A stretch of DNA of 63,951 nt, filler included, from Craspedostauros australis (GCA_030167865.1; 12 parts of 12 records of this genome joined end to end with filler, not necessarily neighbours in it), one strand, 5' to 3'. Numbered from the whole stretch's first letter, positions 8,111 through 20,082 are shown. Made by a program: numbers and translations. The notes: generated by a model from the sequence alone, not told the origin.

Positions 8111-10264
8111 TCACCCCACCACTTCTCCCTTTTGCTTTCGGCGCTTCGCTTCCATGGCCTTGCGTTCCTCCAACGGCGTGTAACTTCCACCATCCAAATG
8201 GCCCGTGAAGAACATCCCCGAGTGATCATCCAACAGAAAGCAGCCAAAGCGCGCGTGCCCTTCGATGAGTCCCAACCGCGCCACCGTCTTCTTGATGACC
8301 GGCGACACCTTGTCTTCCACAAATCCGCCACGCGCGACCATTCTGTACTTGGGATCGAAGATGAAGTCGCGATAATGGGCCGTCTCGCAGATGTGCGTGT
8401 TGTCGTACCAAAAGAAGGTCGGCGTCAAGGACAGCCGGCATACGTCGGGCGGTTGTGGGTTGTTCTGCAACCAGCTCTCGTGCTCCAATTGCTGATGGCT
8501 CTTCATGTAAGTCGCCGCCAGCTGGGCGATGTTTGCCTGCAGCTCCGCCCTTCCGCCCACGTCCAGGCGTCTGGTGGAATCGGAGTTGGGACCGTACTTG
8601 TTGGCATCCAGCGCCAATTCTGGAGGCCGCAACGTGAGCCGGCTGGCGTCGTCCATGAAGGTCGAACCGTACTTCGACAAGAAATTGTCACGGTACATCA
8701 AGTTGCTGCGCTGGCTCATCCCGACGTACTTGATGTTAACGTTGTGCCACATGGTGCGCATTACGTCGGCTAGAGGGAGCGGTCGCATGAAGGTACGATC
8801 GTGTTGGATCACGATGACGTACGGCGTGCTGACGCAATGATGCAAGGCATGCCGCAAGGCGAAGCCGTATCCATGCCGCGCGTCCAGTTCTTCCACGCGA
8901 GTGTTGGCGAATGGCGACGTGTCTGGAGCGTCGGCACACAGCGCCGTGAGGCGTTGTTTGAATTCCTGATAGTTCTCCCATTGCTGTGAGTCGACCAGCC
9001 CATTTCGCATCGCCTGCTTCGCGCTGCCGTGCTTCTTTGACGTGGTTCCATCCTTCTGCCGACAGCCATCGCAGACGATAACCTTGCGGCATTTGAAGGC
9101 GAAGTCGTGTCCGGCCCACGGAAATGTCGCCAGCGTCTTCTCCAATAGCTCGGTGGATGGATTCGACTTGATGGGCGACGTCGTGACGATCACTGTCAGC
9201 AGGTCCTTGATGGGTGGCATCGGCTCCTTCCTGCGCACAGGACCGCCTGGCGGTGGGACGTATCCAAAGTTGGAATCCGATTTGCTGGCGCTGTCCACTT
9301 TCGGCAACCTTGCCAGCTTCAGCACCAAGGCTCTATCTTCCTTGCTGTCAACGTGAAGGTCAGCGGTGGATGCTATCCTCGTCCTCCAATCCCACAGGCA
9401 CTCCTTGGTCTTGAGGTACATGGTGTTGGGTTCGAGGATGAGCCCCGTCCAATGGTCTATCGTCAAGAATTCCCAGCAGGTCGTCTTTCGCAGCTTGGGA
9501 CGATTGAGCTGCTCCACCAACGGTATGCAAAGCGGGATCTCGGCAACGAAACAACCGCACATTTGGGTTGGGTCTTGTGTGTCTGGATCGGCGGTGCTTG
9601 CAGTATCTTCATGATGAATACCATGCTCAACGCCATCGTTCAACGTCGGCTGCGAGCAATTGCACATCTGCGTGGATTCGAAAGTCGTCACCGTCCCTTT
9701 CCAAGTACTCCGTTCTCTGCGCTTGAGCTGGTTGAGAGGGTATTCTTCGATCGATATCGTGGTCGGCTGCATTCCCATCTGATCCCGAAACCGCTCCACC
9801 AAGTCATGCAGCGGCTGCGGTAGCTCCGTTGCATGCGAACGTGCATCTGATTCAACACTTGTGTCAGCAACATCGAACTCCCACAGCTTGTGCCGCTGCT
9901 CGAACCCGTTCCATCGGAAGGTGCTCTCGTCCAGGACCTGCAAGATGTCATCGGCTTGAGATGCAGTGACGAAATCGTGCATCACATCCAGACCGTCCGG
10001 CAAAGGAAAGGCCGGATTGGAAACCACGATAGTGGCGTCGTCGTTATTGTTCAGCTTCTTCGTCAATGGTCCTGTCAATGACATCGATGTCCAATCATCG
10101 CTTGCATGGCTCGAACTGCAGCGATCTTGCTTCTTCTCGTCATTGCTCATGATGGTTGCTCCTGATGGCGTTGTTCGTGTCTGCCTCGGTTTTCGTATGC
10201 TGCTGCATTCGCCGTCGCTGTGCTTGTCAATGTCTTTCTGCTTGTAGCCGCCTGCAGGCATCAC
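8111..10264 (-). CDS. Hypothetical protein: degenerate AlkB-like domain fused to a GT-A-like glycosyltransferase domain
   Basis: The N-terminal segments PDGLDVMHDFVT..., ISIEEYP and LEPNTMYLKTKECLWDW resemble the ALKBH scaffold. The C-terminal segments LTVIVTTSP...RKVIVCDG...GYGFALRHAL...TPYVIVIQHD resemble GT2/GT-A. The true start may be a downstream Met. Confidence 0.7.
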   Translation of the reverse strand: MMPAGGYKQKDIDKHSDGECSSIRKPRQTRTTPSGATIMSNDEKKQDRCSSSHASDDWTSMSLTGPLTKKLNNNDDATIVVSNPAFPLPDGLDVMHDFVTASQADDILQVLDESTFRWNGFEQRHKLWEFDVADTSVESDARSHATELPQPLHDLVERFRDQMGMQPTTISIEEYPLNQLKRRERSTWKGTVTTFESTQMCNCSQPTLNDGVEHGIHHEDTASTADPDTQDPTQMCGCFVAEIPLCIPLVEQLNRPKLRKTTCWEFLTIDHWTGLILEPNTMYLKTKECLWDWRTRIASTADLHVDSKEDRALVLKLARLPKVDSASKSDSNFGYVPPPGGPVRRKEPMPPIKDLLTVIVTTSPIKSNPSTELLEKTLATFPWAGHDFAFKCRKVIVCDGCRQKDGTTSKKHGSAKQAMRNGLVDSQQWENYQEFKQRLTALCADAPDTSPFANTRVEELDARHGYGFALRHALHHCVSTPYVIVIQHDRTFMRPLPLADVMRTMWHNVNIKYVGMSQRSNLMYRDNFLSKYGSTFMDDASRLTLRPPELALDANKYGPNSDSTRRLDVGGRAELQANIAQLAATYMKSHQQLEHESWLQNNPQPPDVCRLSLTPTFFWYDNTHICETAHYRDFIFDPKYRMVARGGFVEDKVSPVIKKTVARLGLIEGHARFGCFLLDDHSGMFFTGHLDGGSYTPLEERKAMEAKRRKQKGEVVG

Positions 10265-10439
10265 ATCAAAGTAACGTCCTCCTCTTCATTTGTCCGTTGC
10301 ACAGATGCGTGGATGTGATCGTTTGATGGCGATTGGGTGTTGGATGCACTTCGTCTCTGTGTTTCGTCACATCAGCTCAACCCTCATTTTCTCTTTCGTG
10401 ACCCAAAAAGGCCCAAAAGGATGGAATGGGAACAAAAAG

Positions 10440-10512
10440 CTCACCATACTGGGATCGAACCAGTGGCCTTGCGATTAACAGTCGCACGCTCTGCCAACTG
10501 AGCTAAAGGTGA
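10440..10512 (-). tRNA. trnN: tRNA-Asn(GTT)
   Basis: TCACCTT TAGCTCAGTTGGCAGAGC G TGCGA CTGTTAA TCGCA AGGCC ACTGG TTCGATC CCAGT ATGGTGA G. A and B boxes and a G discriminator are present, with a T5 Pol III terminator just downstream. Confidence 0.95.
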
Positions 10513-11357
10513 TCGTTTCTGTTCTTGCGTAATGTGATGAAATTAGTGTATAATTATGTTATTGTAGAATGAGGGACGCCATTTTCTGACTTTCTGTTGA
10601 CGTTGCGCCTTCTTCTGACCTTCTTTGGAGTGCGCAACAACCCAGCAGCATGAAATCGTAGTCTTGATTGGTTATTTTGGATCGCCATCCGTAGTCGTAT
10701 TCCTGCCGCCCCTCTTGGCTTCCGCACCAACCTACTCTATGCATCTTTGCTTTTCACTCCAATCAGCATGTTGTGCAGATGCAATCTTCCTGAGCTCCTC
10801 TTTTCAACCCTCATATTCACGGATGGGAGGAAAGGCAGGAGAATTGCACGGATGGGCCGCTTTCCATCTTCTCTGCTATTCCATTCCTCGATCGTCCTTC
10901 TTGAAAACCATGGATGAGAACAATTGTTTTCCGTCTCTACAACTACATTTATTTCGATTGCGATATCTCATGACTGAATTGGGTCACATTTAGAGTGGAG
11001 TCGATCGACTGAAATGGAGTTCCAAATTCCGAATTCCATAGAACGCTTTCGACACATCGGACTGTTACTCTGTCTGGCCAACAACCCGTCGTCTCCACGT
11101 GCGTTACCTCCCATCAACATCGACAGAAAAGGAAAGAACCAAATCACCGCGTCGTTTCATCACCACCTCACGCTGTTGGCAACAAGACGATGGGCGTTCT
11201 GCGTCAACGCGAACGGCGCCATCGCGCAGACATCAACGAGCCAGCAGCCAGCCATCAAGGAGGCAAGGAGAAGGAGGACTCCTTGTTCACGATAGCCCCC
11301 CCACAACCAACTGAATGCGGCTGATAACAAGCAATAGCATCAGAAAAGAACATCACC

Positions 11358-12493
11358 ATGGCCAAGTTCAGCTTTAGCCTTTCTCTGCTCGTCGTGGCCC
11401 TTGTTGCCGTCAGCACATCGGCCTTCGCCCCGCAGCCTGCTTTCTGTGAGTATCTCTTCGGGTATCGATGGAGTGACGCAAGACCGCACCACCCCTCTTG
11501 GAGCACTGTATCGTTTGTGTCGGTCTACGGGGCTCTTCGAGAGTAGACTGCATCGGGATGCCTTGTCATCATCTGGCATGGATGACCATGGGCGGTTTCA
11601 ACACTTCATGAATGGATTCAAATGATGGCCCAGAGGTGATGATCGAACCGTTGGTTGCGGTGGACGTCCGCCACCGAGTAGTTCAACCGCCACGCGAACT
11701 GTCCCAGCAGATGGAAACAGCAGCACGGATGCAAACTGTGGACTGGCTGACGTACTTCAAATCACCCCCTCCGGGCTGTCGAAGGTCACTGTGGGTCGTT
11801 CGATGAGACGCCAGCATCATCCATCCACGTGGTCAAGGCATGGGGGAAGCATCGTCACGTTGGTGTGGGATATCTTGGACATCTTCTTGTGCTGGACAAA
11901 CCTCAGGGGATGACTTGGGTTGATGAAACCGCCACGGCTTGAGCTGCAAATCTGGTCGGTGGTTGAGCTGGTTGTGAAAGTCTGACGACGATGTCGCGTG
12001 AACAGGTTGTGTGCCAATCTCCACCTTCCAACAACTCAATCCGCAGCCGGTCCTGTGCGAGACCACTTGGGGTTTCATCTCATCAGCCAACCGCCGTCAG
12101 CCATCATCCAAGACCGTCTTCGTCTCGCATGAACTCGTTCTCACACACAACCTCGCTTGCTTTCTGTTCCTTTTGTCTCATTGCACATCAATCATCACTA
12201 CCATCATGACTATCATCACTACCATCATCACTGCCAATGCAGCCCGCCAAGCCACTGACCTCAACGTCAGCGTCAAGGTTTCCGTCGGAGATGGCGAGCC
12301 AATCGAGTCCGCCCTGCGAAGATTCAAGCGCGAAGTCAACAAGTCCGGACACATGATGGAGCTGCGTCACAAACGTTACTTCGAGAATTCGCAGGAGAAG
12401 AAGAAGCGCAAGATCAAGGAGGGACGCATGCGCAAGAAGTTCGAGCGTATGCAGCGCCGCCGCATGGCACGACAGGCACAAGGAAAGGCCTAA
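11358..12493 (+). CDS. rps21: Plastid-targeted 30S ribosomal protein bS21; exons 11358-11445 and 12243-12493
   Basis: Signal peptide plus TSAFAP in exon 1. A GTGAGT...CAG intron (11446-12242) joins in frame to VKVSVGDGEPIESALRRFKREVNKSGHMMELRHKRYFE, the S21 signature. Confidence 0.92.
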
Positions 12494-14210
12494 GCGACGA
12501 CCTGGTTAGTTGTCCCTCTGGGAGCATTCCAGCGCCTCACCAATCAGCCAACCAATCAACCATACTCTCTGCCAAAGTACTACAAGTAAAATAACGTAGC
12601 AGACCCAGTATAGAGCAGTATTGTCAAAACACTCCTACGATATGTAATCCACGCTGCGTGTGGTATCAGTGGCGTGAGCACCACCTCCGATGAAAACCAA
12701 CTTGGTACTATGCTAGTACTCGCAAGATAGTCAAATTGAGGGTATCAACTGAGACTTCTCTACGTGTTAACGTTAACGTTGTTCAACCAATGCTCTGTGA
12801 CGCTGCGCCTTGCATGATCGTACCACACAGTCATCATCGTTGATCGGCTTCGCCCGCCCAAGGAGACGCGAGCGTTATTTCGGTTAATTGGGCGTTAGAC
12901 AGGGCATCAGCGGCTGAATCGTACGCAGCACAGTAGAGACCACGTCAGGGGTAAATGGCTCATGCCTTGTGCTCATAATCAATCAGTTTCCCTTCGATTC
13001 CATGCCTTTCCCCGCAAGTAGAGTTTGGTTTATCATTGACTCGTCGCTCTTTCTGAGCAACAACATAGAGGAACAGCCTGAGGAGGCTACGATAATACTG
13101 GGCTGCAACATGTGCAGATCCCGCCATGGCCGGCACAGCCTGCATAGTGCGGTGTCTCCTTTGACTACCATGTGCTGGTGGTTTTCGATCAACACCAGAG
13201 AGACATCAACTCAGTGTTATCGCAAATGCGAAACTGAGTGGCAATGATGGACGCATCAAGCATGTGATCGACATGTTCGTTCCTTGAGTCGGCTGCCCAT
13301 GGTGGTGGTACAGATCCTGGGTCAAAATTCCCGCTTCGCGACTTCACTGTATACGGAACAGGCACGCAGTAGCACGACTGCTGGGGGAAATGGACATGAT
13401 GTGATGAGACTAACTGCAGACGCGCCGTGTTCCNNNNNNNNNNNNNNNNNNNNNNNNNNNNNNNNNNNNNNNNNNNNTTAATTAATTAANNNNNNNNNNN
13501 NNNNNNNNNNNNNNNNNNNNNNNNNNNNNNNNNTTCTTCAAGGAGGAGGTGATTTAGGCCTGACCATTGTTGTAATGTCACGTGTCACAGCTCGTGAGTC
13601 ACTTTGGTTTGCCAGTGGAAGGGTTTGCGGCGCTCTGATGACCTGGCAGGGTTTCGACCGTGCTTTCTCCACGGTCGAACTGTGCAGTCCATATCAGGCC
13701 GTCTCAGCCTGCTCCTTGCCGAGCTTCCTTGATGATGTTGATTGACATGTAGTTGCTTCCTTCTGATGGAGTGCTGCCTTACTTCAGGATGCTGAGAGCT
13801 GTAACAACGGCCTCTGCCCCCATCTCCGTGGACCTTGATGGTTGCATGATGTGCCGGATTTGTTGGATGCAGGAGTCCAAAACTACCAGGCTATTTGCAT
13901 AGTTGTTGTTCTTATGTTGTACAAGCAGCTTCTTCTTGTTCCCCCCATGTGTTTGTCAACAACACAATCATGATTGCANACAAACTGCTTCGTGCCTCTG
14001 TTTCTTCTCTTCTTCCTTGTCCTTGTCCTTATTCTTACCTTTGCAGACAAGGATCACTCCTTCAGTCCACCTTGGTTTGGCCTGGGATACTTTGTCTGTT
14101 GGTCCAGCCAACTGCATCAACTTTCCAGCAGTTGTGGCGAAGAATAGATTAAAAAGTGGTTGTTGTTGTTGCTATTTAAAGTTCATTGTTTTGTTGCATG
14201 TGAGTATTGC

Positions 14211-15256
14211 TTATTCTTCCGGTTCCACCAGGGAATCCAACCAATCATCCGTCTCTTGGATGACCCTCATCGTTTCGGTGAGGTTAAACAGTGGATTAGT
14301 ATGTTTCAGTTCCAACTGCGTGATTGTGGCAACCGAGTACATTGCATACTGGTGCTTCTCCAGTAAGTGCCGCCATTTTTGCTTCAGGCACTTCCAGTTC
14401 TTGAACCTTTTGTGTACGGTTTCATGGCGTGCACGAATCACGCCATTGCGTCGAGTGCGATCCAAGCAGCAGCTTCGCTCACCTCTGTACCCACGGTCAG
14501 CAATGACCTGTTCGAAAGGATCCAACGCATGTAAGAGCTTCTCTCGATAAATTTTGATATCCGGCCACTCCCCACAAGGATACGGTCCGTCCACCCACAC
14601 AAGGTGCCCTTTTGCAATGGAAACGCAAGTTTCGTATCGGAGCCCTGCAGCTTGGAATTTGTGGGAATACCAGCCTGGATCATACAAAACAGGCTCCATG
14701 ATGAGGAAGTCAGTACCGTCTACGGATGCCATTGTTGTTGTTCCTGGTGGACAGCCAATTTTCCGATCTTCAAAACATATCTGGGATAGGATGAACACAT
14801 GTGAACATTGGAAGAGAAAGAGAATGTGAGACGTAAGTCATGCTGCTCATCAATTGCATTGTCTATGTTGCAGTCTGGATGTTGATGTTCCAAAGTTGTG
14901 CCACTTACAAGTTCACGGCTGAGGAGACCCAACGCACGAAGAATAATCCAGGTCCACTTCTGTACAGTTTTCACATCCTTTCCCATTCGTCCTGCCAGCA
15001 CGCCCCATGTCGGATATTGTTTGAGAAACATGAGAGCGCACAGCAGGTGCTCCATTGTTGCATTCAACGGCAGTAAGTCCTCCTCATTCAGTCCGTCCCA
15101 GGCCATGGCTGCCACTTTGGTGTGGGTTCCGAAGTTGCTTCGGAAACATGTTTGCACGCCATACGATGGTGAAGTCTGGAGTGTAGGATCAAATGCCTGT
15201 CCCAGAAGCTCCATTCCCTTGCATGCAATGGCTGTCTCTGTTGTCTCTGATGCCAT
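14211..15256 (-). CDS. PIF/Harbinger-like DDE transposase (305 aa); exons 15256-14909 and 14780-14211
   Basis: Motifs VDGTDF, WYSHKF, VDGPYPCGEWPD, IADRGYRG and RARHETVHKRFKNW, with an N-terminal HTH-like region. A phase-0 GTAAGT...CAG intron (14781-14908) fuses two track ORFs. Confidence 0.88.
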
Positions 15257-15544
15257 TCTGATGTGCCTTGATGTACAAACAGGATGGCGGACAAAATTGT
15301 GACATCAAGCATTGAACTATGAAATTCAGCAACAGAGAGACGAAAATATACACGGCAAGTGCTGCTATTGTTGATTTGTTCTGAACACACAAGAACATGC
15401 AAAAATTAGCATGTTGTTCAGCTTGTTGGCATTCGCCATCTGTGTTGGTTTGGACTGGCAAAAAACAAAATACATTCACGAACACAGAGGAGGGTTGGAT
15501 GTGCTGCGTTTGATTCTGCCCGCGCAATTATGTACGTGGGCCTC

Positions 15545-17243
15545 ATGTCTGTGCAGTATTGTCCCAACAAACCGAGTATGGAGTCATGGCGCACAGGGCC
15601 AACCATACAAAGTAGTAACATGTGCAACATCAACAAGTACGGACAGATAGGCTAAATCGCAACAAACGAAAAGACCAGCACACACAGAAACAGACAAAGA
15701 GAAAGAGGGACGTGTTGGACGATGCGCGAGCGACGTTGTATGCGCGATGATTTGTTCTTCATGTCTTTTCTGACATGTCTGTGCAGTATTGCTGAAACAA
15801 ACCGGGTATGGACTCATGGTACGCAGGGTTGATCGTACGAACTTGTCACATGTGCAACGTCGGCAAGAACAGACAGGTTCAATCGAAACGAACAAAAAAG
15901 AACAGCACACACAGAAACAGACCAAGAGCAGGAGGACAATGTCGGATGGTGCGCGAGTGATGTTGTACGTGGGATGATTTGTTGTTCCGCACGTCGTTTC
16001 TGGCATGTCTCTGTGCAGTGTTGCTGAAACAAACCAGGTATGGCGTCATGACACACAGGGTCGATTGTGCAAACTTGTCACATGTGCAATGTCAGTAAGA
16101 ACAGACGGGCTAAAACAAAACGAACGAAAACGACCGGCACACACAGAAACAGACGAAGAGCAGGAGGACCGTGTCGGATGGTGCGCGAGTGATGTTGTAC
16201 GCGGGATGATTTGTTCTTCATGTCGTGTCTGGTACGGTTGCAACAAACCGGGTATGTAGTAATCGAACACAGGGTTGATTGTGCACACTTGTCACATGTG
16301 CAATGTCGGTAAGAACAGATGGGCTAAATCGAAACGAACGAAAAAGAACAGCACACACAGAAACAGACCAAGAGCAGGAGGACCATGTCGGATGGTGCGC
16401 GAGTGATGTTGTACGTGGGATGATTTGTTCTTCATGTTGTATTTAGTACGGTTGCAACAAACCGGGTATGAAGTCATGACACACAGGGTCGATCGTGCGA
16501 ACTTGTCACATGTGCAACGTCAGTAAGAACAGACGGGCTAAATCGAAACGAACGAAAAAGAACAGCACACACAGAAACAGACGAAGAGCAGAAGGACCAT
16601 GTTGGATGGCACGCGAGTGATGTTGTACGTGGGATGATTTGTTCTTCATGTCGTGTCTGGTACGGTTGCAACAAACCAGGTATGGAGTCATGACACACAG
16701 GGCCAACCATACAAAGTAGTAACATGTGCAACGTCAGTAAGAACAGACGGGCTAAATCGAAACGAACGAAAAAGAACAGCACACACAGAAACAGACGAAG
16801 AGCAGAAGGACCATGTCGGATGGCACGCGAGTGATGTTGTACGCGGGATGATTTGTTCTTCATGTTGTATTTAGTACGGTTGCAACAAACCGGGTATGGA
16901 GTCATGACACACAGGGTCGATCGTGCGAACTTGTCACATGTGCAACGTCAGTAAGAACAGACGGGCTAAATCGAAACGAACGAAAAAGAACAGCACACAC
17001 AGAAACAGACGAAGAGCAGNNNNNNNNNNNNNNNNNNNNCGCGAGTGATGTTGTACGCGGGATGATTTGTTCTTCATGTCGTGTCTGACATGTGTCTGTG
17101 CAGTATTGCTGAAACAAACCGGGCATGGGGTCATGGCGCGCAGGGTCGATCGTGCGAACTTGTCACATGTGCAATGTCAGTAAGAACAGACGGGCTAAAT
17201 CGAAACGAACGAAAAAGAACAGCACACACAGAAACAGACGAAG
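15545..17243. repeat. Tandem array, ~8 units of 214 or ~230 bp
   Basis: The anchor AAACCRRG(T/C)ATG recurs at 15569, 15799, 16031, 16245, 16459, 16673, 16887 and 17116 (spacings 230, 232, 214, 214, 214, 214, 229). Confidence 0.95.
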
Positions 17244-17825
17244 ACCGGCAGCGCTTTGTCACATTTATTCGTCCTGTGCGAAATTCGACCGTTACTGTTT
17301 CCCTCGGACATTCGCACCGTTGTGTCCATCTCGCCGTCGAATCGTGGAACATGTTCTCATTTGTACCATTTTTTCTGTGTTGGCCGGACCGAAACAGCGT
17401 TTGGACTGCGTCGCCTTTGGCGCATTCGCCCAACATGTTGGTCTGTTTGTACATACACTGCAGTTCTGAACGGATTGCTCCCTGTGTCACGATGTGCCAG
17501 GAATATTGTGTTGGTTGTGGCAGTTCTGAACAGGCAGTTTCAGAATGAACGGTTCGAGCAACACCATTGGGGCATTTCTTAGCCCCTTTCTATGCCAATT
17601 GACATAATTTTGAGACTATTTTATGCCTTGGTGTCGATTTCGACCAAAAACGGCATTACTTAGACCCATTCTTGTCGATTGTTGTGCAGCAAGTGACACT
17701 ATTGGGGCTATCAAAGTCTTTGAAAGTGCCATTTGGGACCAACATGTCGCGTCTTGGGTTCGCTGCGACGCTATTTAGTGTGGTTGTACACTGCAACGTG
17801 GTTCCGAGCCCATTCCTACTAGGTC

Positions 17826-18003
17826 GTATTCGACCGAACCAACGGACTGTCCGATCCTGCTTGGTCTTTTCGTGACATTCCAAGTCACGCGCGAATACTT
17901 CCGCGGAATGCGAAACTTCAATGTGTTCAGTTTCATCTCACCATGTGGTATTCGACCGCGCCAACGGATTGTCCGGTCCTGCTCGGTCTTTTCGCAGCAT
18001 TCG
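17826..18003. repeat. Two diverged ~55-bp direct repeats 122 bp apart
   Basis: GTATTCGACCG..CCAACGGA.TGTCCG.TCCTGCT.GGTCTTTTCG at 17826 and 17948. Confidence 0.8.
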
Positions 18004-18358
18004 AAATCATCCACGACCACTGGCGCGGAATGCGTCGCTGCGATGGAATTGAGCCAGGTTCTGCGCGTACGCATGGCCACGAAGGACGGAATTTGCATCG
18101 CGATGGAGCGCACGACCGTGCTGGTTTGTTTTGGCACACCGGAAGAACAGAAGCAACCAAACACCCAAAGAGCAGCGTCGCAAAACAAGCGTTGCAGTGG
18201 TATTGCCTCCCAACGTGTCAAAACAACCCACCCGAACAAATCATTGCTGTCATAAAAANNNNNNNNNNNNNNNNNNNNNNNNNNNNNNNNNNNNNNNNNN
18301 NNTTAATTAATTAANNNNNNNNNNNNNNNNNNNNNNNNNNNNNNNNNNNNNNNNNNNN

Positions 18359-20082
18359 CAATCAAGCACCAGGAGGAGCGCATCCGGTGGCAAGGCGAAG
18401 AAACCCGCCAAGAACAACTCCGGCAGCCAGCCGACCATGACCCGCAGGACGAGCCGCGTGCCAACCCGCAACTACAGCGGCAGCCTCGCGCCGAACAGCG
18501 GCCACTTCTCGTGTGGCGATCGTCGTTTCTATGGTGAGCATTCGCAGGAGCTGCGTCGCGTCCTTTCGGTTCAGAAACGAAGCTCCAAGAATGGAGACTT
18601 TGTGCTCGTGGCTCAGCCCGCCCCAAGCGAGCAGCAGGAGTTCACGTCGCCCTACTTTGATCAGTACCCCAATCACAGCCAGCCCCGCCAGCACCATTAC
18701 GGCGATGGCAACGCACGGTCCACCGTTCGATTCTTTGACGCGCCGGAAGACGACATCCAAATGGATGATCCTTTCCAGGAGCCGCAAGCCACGTACGATC
18801 ATGCGCCAGCTCCAACAGGATACGAGTCGGCCGTTCCGCAAATCGGCATCGACGTCGAAACGCCCACCGCGCCCACTGACCTGCTCCGCGACGAGACCAG
18901 CGGAAAGTCCCTCGGTTTGGATATGCTGGACAAAACCGCGCGCCAAACTTCGCCGTACCACCAACAGACACCATCTCAGAATCCACCACCGCCGGATTCC
19001 AACTCCTCGCCGAACACCGCCTACAAGTTCAAGGCATTCAAGAAGAAGCTCCTGCAGCACAAGACATTGAAGATCATCCAGATCTCCCTCGTCGTCTTCA
19101 TCAACCTCATGACACTCTTCGGCGGATTGTACAAGAACGGAGTTGTCATCGACACCGACTCAGCCGAACGCACCGCCCGCGGTCTCATCCTCGTCAACGG
19201 TGTGGAACGTCCCATCGTGGCGAGCAACCTCTTCCAGCTCCTTTGCATCATCGTAGCACGATCCAGCGCGTTCTTCATGTATCCAGGTGAGTTCGATTCA
19301 TTCTCAATGTAGATGGTGCCATCACCATTGTATTATACATCAAACATCATCCTGCACACGCATGTATGTATCTCTGTTTTCACCGCAACTCGCAACTCAC
19401 ACCATTATCAAACACCACTCCCCCCTCCCCTCCACTCTCCTCCATTTCTCATGTTACCACATTGCCACATTGCCACTTTGCCACTTGGCTATTCCAACAC
19501 ACGCACACGCGCACACCCACCCACACACTCACACTTCACAGCACTCGTCATGGTGTACATCAGCAAGCTCAGAGCCATCACCAGTTTCCTCGCACGCACT
19601 ACCGTCTCCATGTTCCTCGACTGTGACCTCCACGAGCTCCATCTGTACTGTGGATACACCATCCTCATCTTCAGTATCAGCCACACCCTGGCACATCTCA
19701 TCCGATGGGCAGATCAAGGCAACCTCAACCTCGTCTTCGATCACTTCACAGGCCTCACCGGCTTCCTCATCATCACCAGCTGCATCCTCATCTGCACGCC
19801 CATGTTCATGTACAGGCAGAAGATCAAGTACGAGATCCGCAAGAACCTGCACTACCTCTTCCTCCTCTTCGGCGTGGCCCTGTGCTTCCACACCAAGCCG
19901 GCTGCGATGCCCAACGGTGGCTTCACGCAGTACGTGTTTGGAACCGTGATGATCCTGTACGTCCTCGACAACGCGTACTGCTACTTCATCATGACGGAGA
20001 AGATCGAAACCACGAAGTTCGACGTGCTCCCGACGGGAGTGCAGATGACCATGAGGGTGTCGGAGGAGTTCCAGAAGAAGGG
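18359..20082 (+). CDS. Ferric reductase / NADPH oxidase-like transmembrane protein, partial; intron 19287-19541
   Basis: Paired heme-ligand histidines in DLHELHLYCG...SHTLAHLIRW and IRKNLHYLF...CFHT. The GTGAGT...CAG intron joins in frame (MYP-A-LVMV). Truncated by the linker. Confidence 0.85.

Noticed and set aside
11446..12242. TPP riboswitch in the rps21 intron
   Set aside because: The conserved GCTGAGA and downstream aptamer motifs were not found.
13635..13679. Hammerhead ribozyme (CTGATGA next to the 10-bp hairpin TTCGACCGTG/CACGGTCGAA)
   Set aside because: There is no GAAA after a stem II and no stems I/III. The hairpin is real but unexplained.
15545..17243. CRISPR-like or retrozyme array
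   Set aside because: Whole units are homologous with no unique spacers, there are no cas genes, and no CTGANGA...GAAA hammerhead core was seen on either strand.
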